From positions 1 through 34,774 of the forward strand of contig JBLKOW010000001.1 of the NCBI GenBank assembly GCA_047603135.1: a DNA stretch of 34,774 nucleotides, given 5' to 3'. Shown here piece by piece: positions 33,328 to 34,774 of this stretch (positions are counted from its first letter, which is position 1; every line of letters starts with the position of its first letter). The position numbers and the translations under genes are program-made. This stretch comes from Candidatus Woesearchaeota archaeon. Its GTDB lineage: Archaea > Nanobdellota > Nanobdellia > Woesearchaeales > JACJVV01. Under the pieces are notes generated by a model, which saw only the letters and a list, made by a program, of their open reading frames with translations, searched no databases and was not told the origin of the DNA.

Positions 33328-34527
33328 TTATGAAGTATGTGCATGTTTTGCATGGTGGCGATGATGATCGAGAAAATAATCACTAAAATAATTAACGATA
33401 GTAGCAAGGACATAACTCATGATGAAAAACATAAACCCAATGCTTAAAATAAGATCAATACCAGGCAAGTGTGCAAAATTAAGTTTCATAATAAATAATA
33501 CGATAGCAACTTCAATACCTTTTGCTACATTGAGTGTCATAAAAACTTTTTCTTTTATATTCAAATCTTTCATAAAAATCATGAGGCACATAAAACGTAC
33601 AATGAGATAGACGACTAGTAATCCAAATACTTTGAGCAAGAGTGCAGATTCTGGGAAGAAGAACTCCATTCCAAACAAAATGAAAACTATAATATACAAA
33701 ATATGTGTAACCATTGAAGTGTATCTTCGCTGTAATGTTTCTTTAGTAAGTCCATGTAAAAAAATGCCGTAAATAGCAACTGCAAGTGTTCCGTTTGCAT
33801 TAACAAACTCACTAATAGCAAATAATGCAATAGCAATAGTAATAATCATTAACGCTGAGAGCTCTTTCTCCATAACAAAATTATGTATGATTTTATAAAC
33901 CATATATGCCAAAAATATTCCTAGGAGAAGTGCAATAAAAACTTGCTGTAGGAGGTGAAAAGTCACTCCAATAATTCCTTCTGCAATTTCCATTGTAGAT
34001 TGCAAATAACTAATGACAAAGAAGGCAAATATAACTACTATTGGTCCAGAGATTATCCCTTCAATTTCGAGCATTTCACGAAGTTTTGTCTTTTTAAGAT
34101 GAAAGAATTCCATCGCAATAATAGGATCAACACCATAAATGATAATACTTAAGAGAAAACAGAGCACAAATGCTTCAAAGCCTTTGAAGGGCAAATCAAA
34201 AAGTAAAAAAACAGCGAGTGTTATAATGTACGTACTTACAAAAAAATAAACTACATTAAACTTTAGAACAAGAAGAAAGTTTTTAACAATATGTGCAATA
34301 TTAAATTTCATCGATGTTTCAAGTACAATTAAGATTAATGCAAGTGCACTTAATACCAAAATAATTTCTGTGTTAAAATACGCAAATCCGAATCGTTGTA
34401 AGATAAACCCTGCAATAACTAAGAATAAAATATTTGACATTCGCAGGGTTGTACAAACAGCAGTAATTAAGATGCCTAATATAAGAAGAACGGCGATATA
34501 AAATAAATATATAATATATTGCTCCAT
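33328..34527 (-). CDS. Cation:proton antiporter (Na+/H+ exchanger family, NhaP-like)
   Basis: About 400 aa with 10 or more TM helices. The GVDPIIAMEFF segment resembles the (A/G)TDP motif of CPA1 exchangers. It has a His-rich C-terminus. The start is set at MEQYIIY (ATG 34527; alternative 34542), because the track's longer N-terminus runs into the tRNA gene and a TATA-like TTATTAAAAG lies about 25 nt upstream of 34527. Confidence 0.7.
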   Translation of the reverse strand: MEQYIIYLFYIAVLLILGILITAVCTTLRMSNILFLVIAGFILQRFGFAYFNTEIILVLSALALILIVLETSMKFNIAHIVKNFLLVLKFNVVYFFVSTYIITLAVFLLFDLPFKGFEAFVLCFLLSIIIYGVDPIIAMEFFHLKKTKLREMLEIEGIISGPIVVIFAFFVISYLQSTMEIAEGIIGVTFHLLQQVFIALLLGIFLAYMVYKIIHNFVMEKELSALMIITIAIALFAISEFVNANGTLAVAIYGIFLHGLTKETLQRRYTSMVTHILYIIVFILFGMEFFFPESALLLKVFGLLVVYLIVRFMCLMIFMKDLNIKEKVFMTLNVAKGIEVAIVLFIMKLNFAHLPGIDLILSIGFMFFIMSYVLATIVNYFSDYFLDHHRHHAKHAHTS

Positions 34528-34636
34528 ATCATAACCTTGCATGTTACTTATTAAAAGTTTTACTGTATTGATGGCACAGTAAAAAAACCGAGTGTGGTTT
34601 ACATGCACGTTTAGACTCGTCTGGCTTATAAAAACA

Positions 34637-34644
34637 TTTATAAA
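34637..34644 (+). promoter_or_regulatory. TATA box for tRNA-Glu
   Basis: TTTATAAA is centred about 29 nt upstream of tRNA position 1. Confidence 0.4.
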
Positions 34645-34668
34645 CAATTCTAAAATCGTTATCTTATT

Positions 34669-34773
34669 GCCCTTGTGGTGTAGTCCGGCCAATCATTTTG
34701 GATTTTCGTGGCGAAGAATCAAACTTCTCGCCGAAAACATCCAAAGACTCGGGTTCGAATCCCGGCGAGGGCA
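34669..34773 (+). tRNA. tRNA-Glu(UUC) with a 30-nt intron at the canonical 37/38 position
   Basis: Hand fold: acceptor GCCCTTG/CGAGGGC; D arm GGTGTAGTCCGGCCAATCAT, typical of archaeal tRNA-Glu; anticodon stem TTGGA/TCCAA with loop TTTTCG|intron|A (anticodon TTC at 34705-34707); 4-nt variable loop; T arm TCGGG-TTCGAAT-CCCGG; discriminator A. The intron (34709-34738) contains its own GGCG...CGCC hairpin. CCA is not encoded within the window. Confidence 0.85.
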
Positions 34774-34774
34774 T

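Noticed and set aside
34528-34692. The long N-terminal extension of the antiporter ORF (track start 34692).
   Set aside because: It overlaps the tRNA-Glu gene and its TATA box. The extension is not hydrophobic or antiporter-like. The internal ATGs 34542 and 34527 precede the first TM helix, and 34527 has leaderless TATA spacing.

Overview
AT-rich chromosomal segment from an archaeon. The archaeal call rests on gene content: ribosomal proteins L44e and S27e, aIF2-alpha, Nop10, a complete A1Ao ATP synthase operon, and a tRNA with a canonical 37/38 intron. The compact, leaderless gene layout fits a small-genome (DPANN-like) lineage, but that is only a guess.

Core content: (1) the rpl44e-rps27e-aIF2alpha-nop10 cluster on the minus strand (5.5-7.0 kb); (2) the atpH-I-K-E-C-F-A-B-D operon (9.35-18.5 kb); (3) a bacterial-type chaperone locus, DUF3467-grpE-dnaK-HD-dnaJ, on the minus strand (20.5-25.3 kb); (4) an intron-containing tRNA-Glu(UUC) at the right edge.

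Accessory content: a thioredoxin-CcdA fusion, a GNAT, a nucleotidyltransferase, a methyltransferase, an orphan acyl carrier protein, ZupT, an AAA+ (DUF4143-type) ATPase, a compact PLP-like enzyme, a MazG-like pyrophosphatase, a cation/proton antiporter, and several hypothetical or membrane proteins.

The most interesting signal is non-coding. An unannotated family of highly structured interspersed repeats is present as three long copies (about 240-290 nt, at 19.6, 29.1 and 30.7 kb) and two short copies (about 90 nt, at 32.4 kb and inverted at 7.2 kb). Two related mini stem-loops (28.9-29.05 kb) and a footprint-like remnant (20.48 kb) also belong to it. Helices covary between copies while specific helix imperfections stay conserved. 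Short direct repeats lie next to the ends of several copies. Between 28.9 and 32.5 kb the copies punctuate same-strand accessory gene blocks like cassette boundaries. No transposase, integrase or reverse transcriptase lies in the window, and I cannot assign the family to any RNA or IS family I know.

Secondary oddities: a roughly 160-residue Lys/Ser/Arg-rich tail on the catalytic AtpA subunit, a duplicated proteolipid with a single carboxylate, and an orphan ACP in an archaeal context. All calls come from reading the sequence and ORF translations. No database search was possible.
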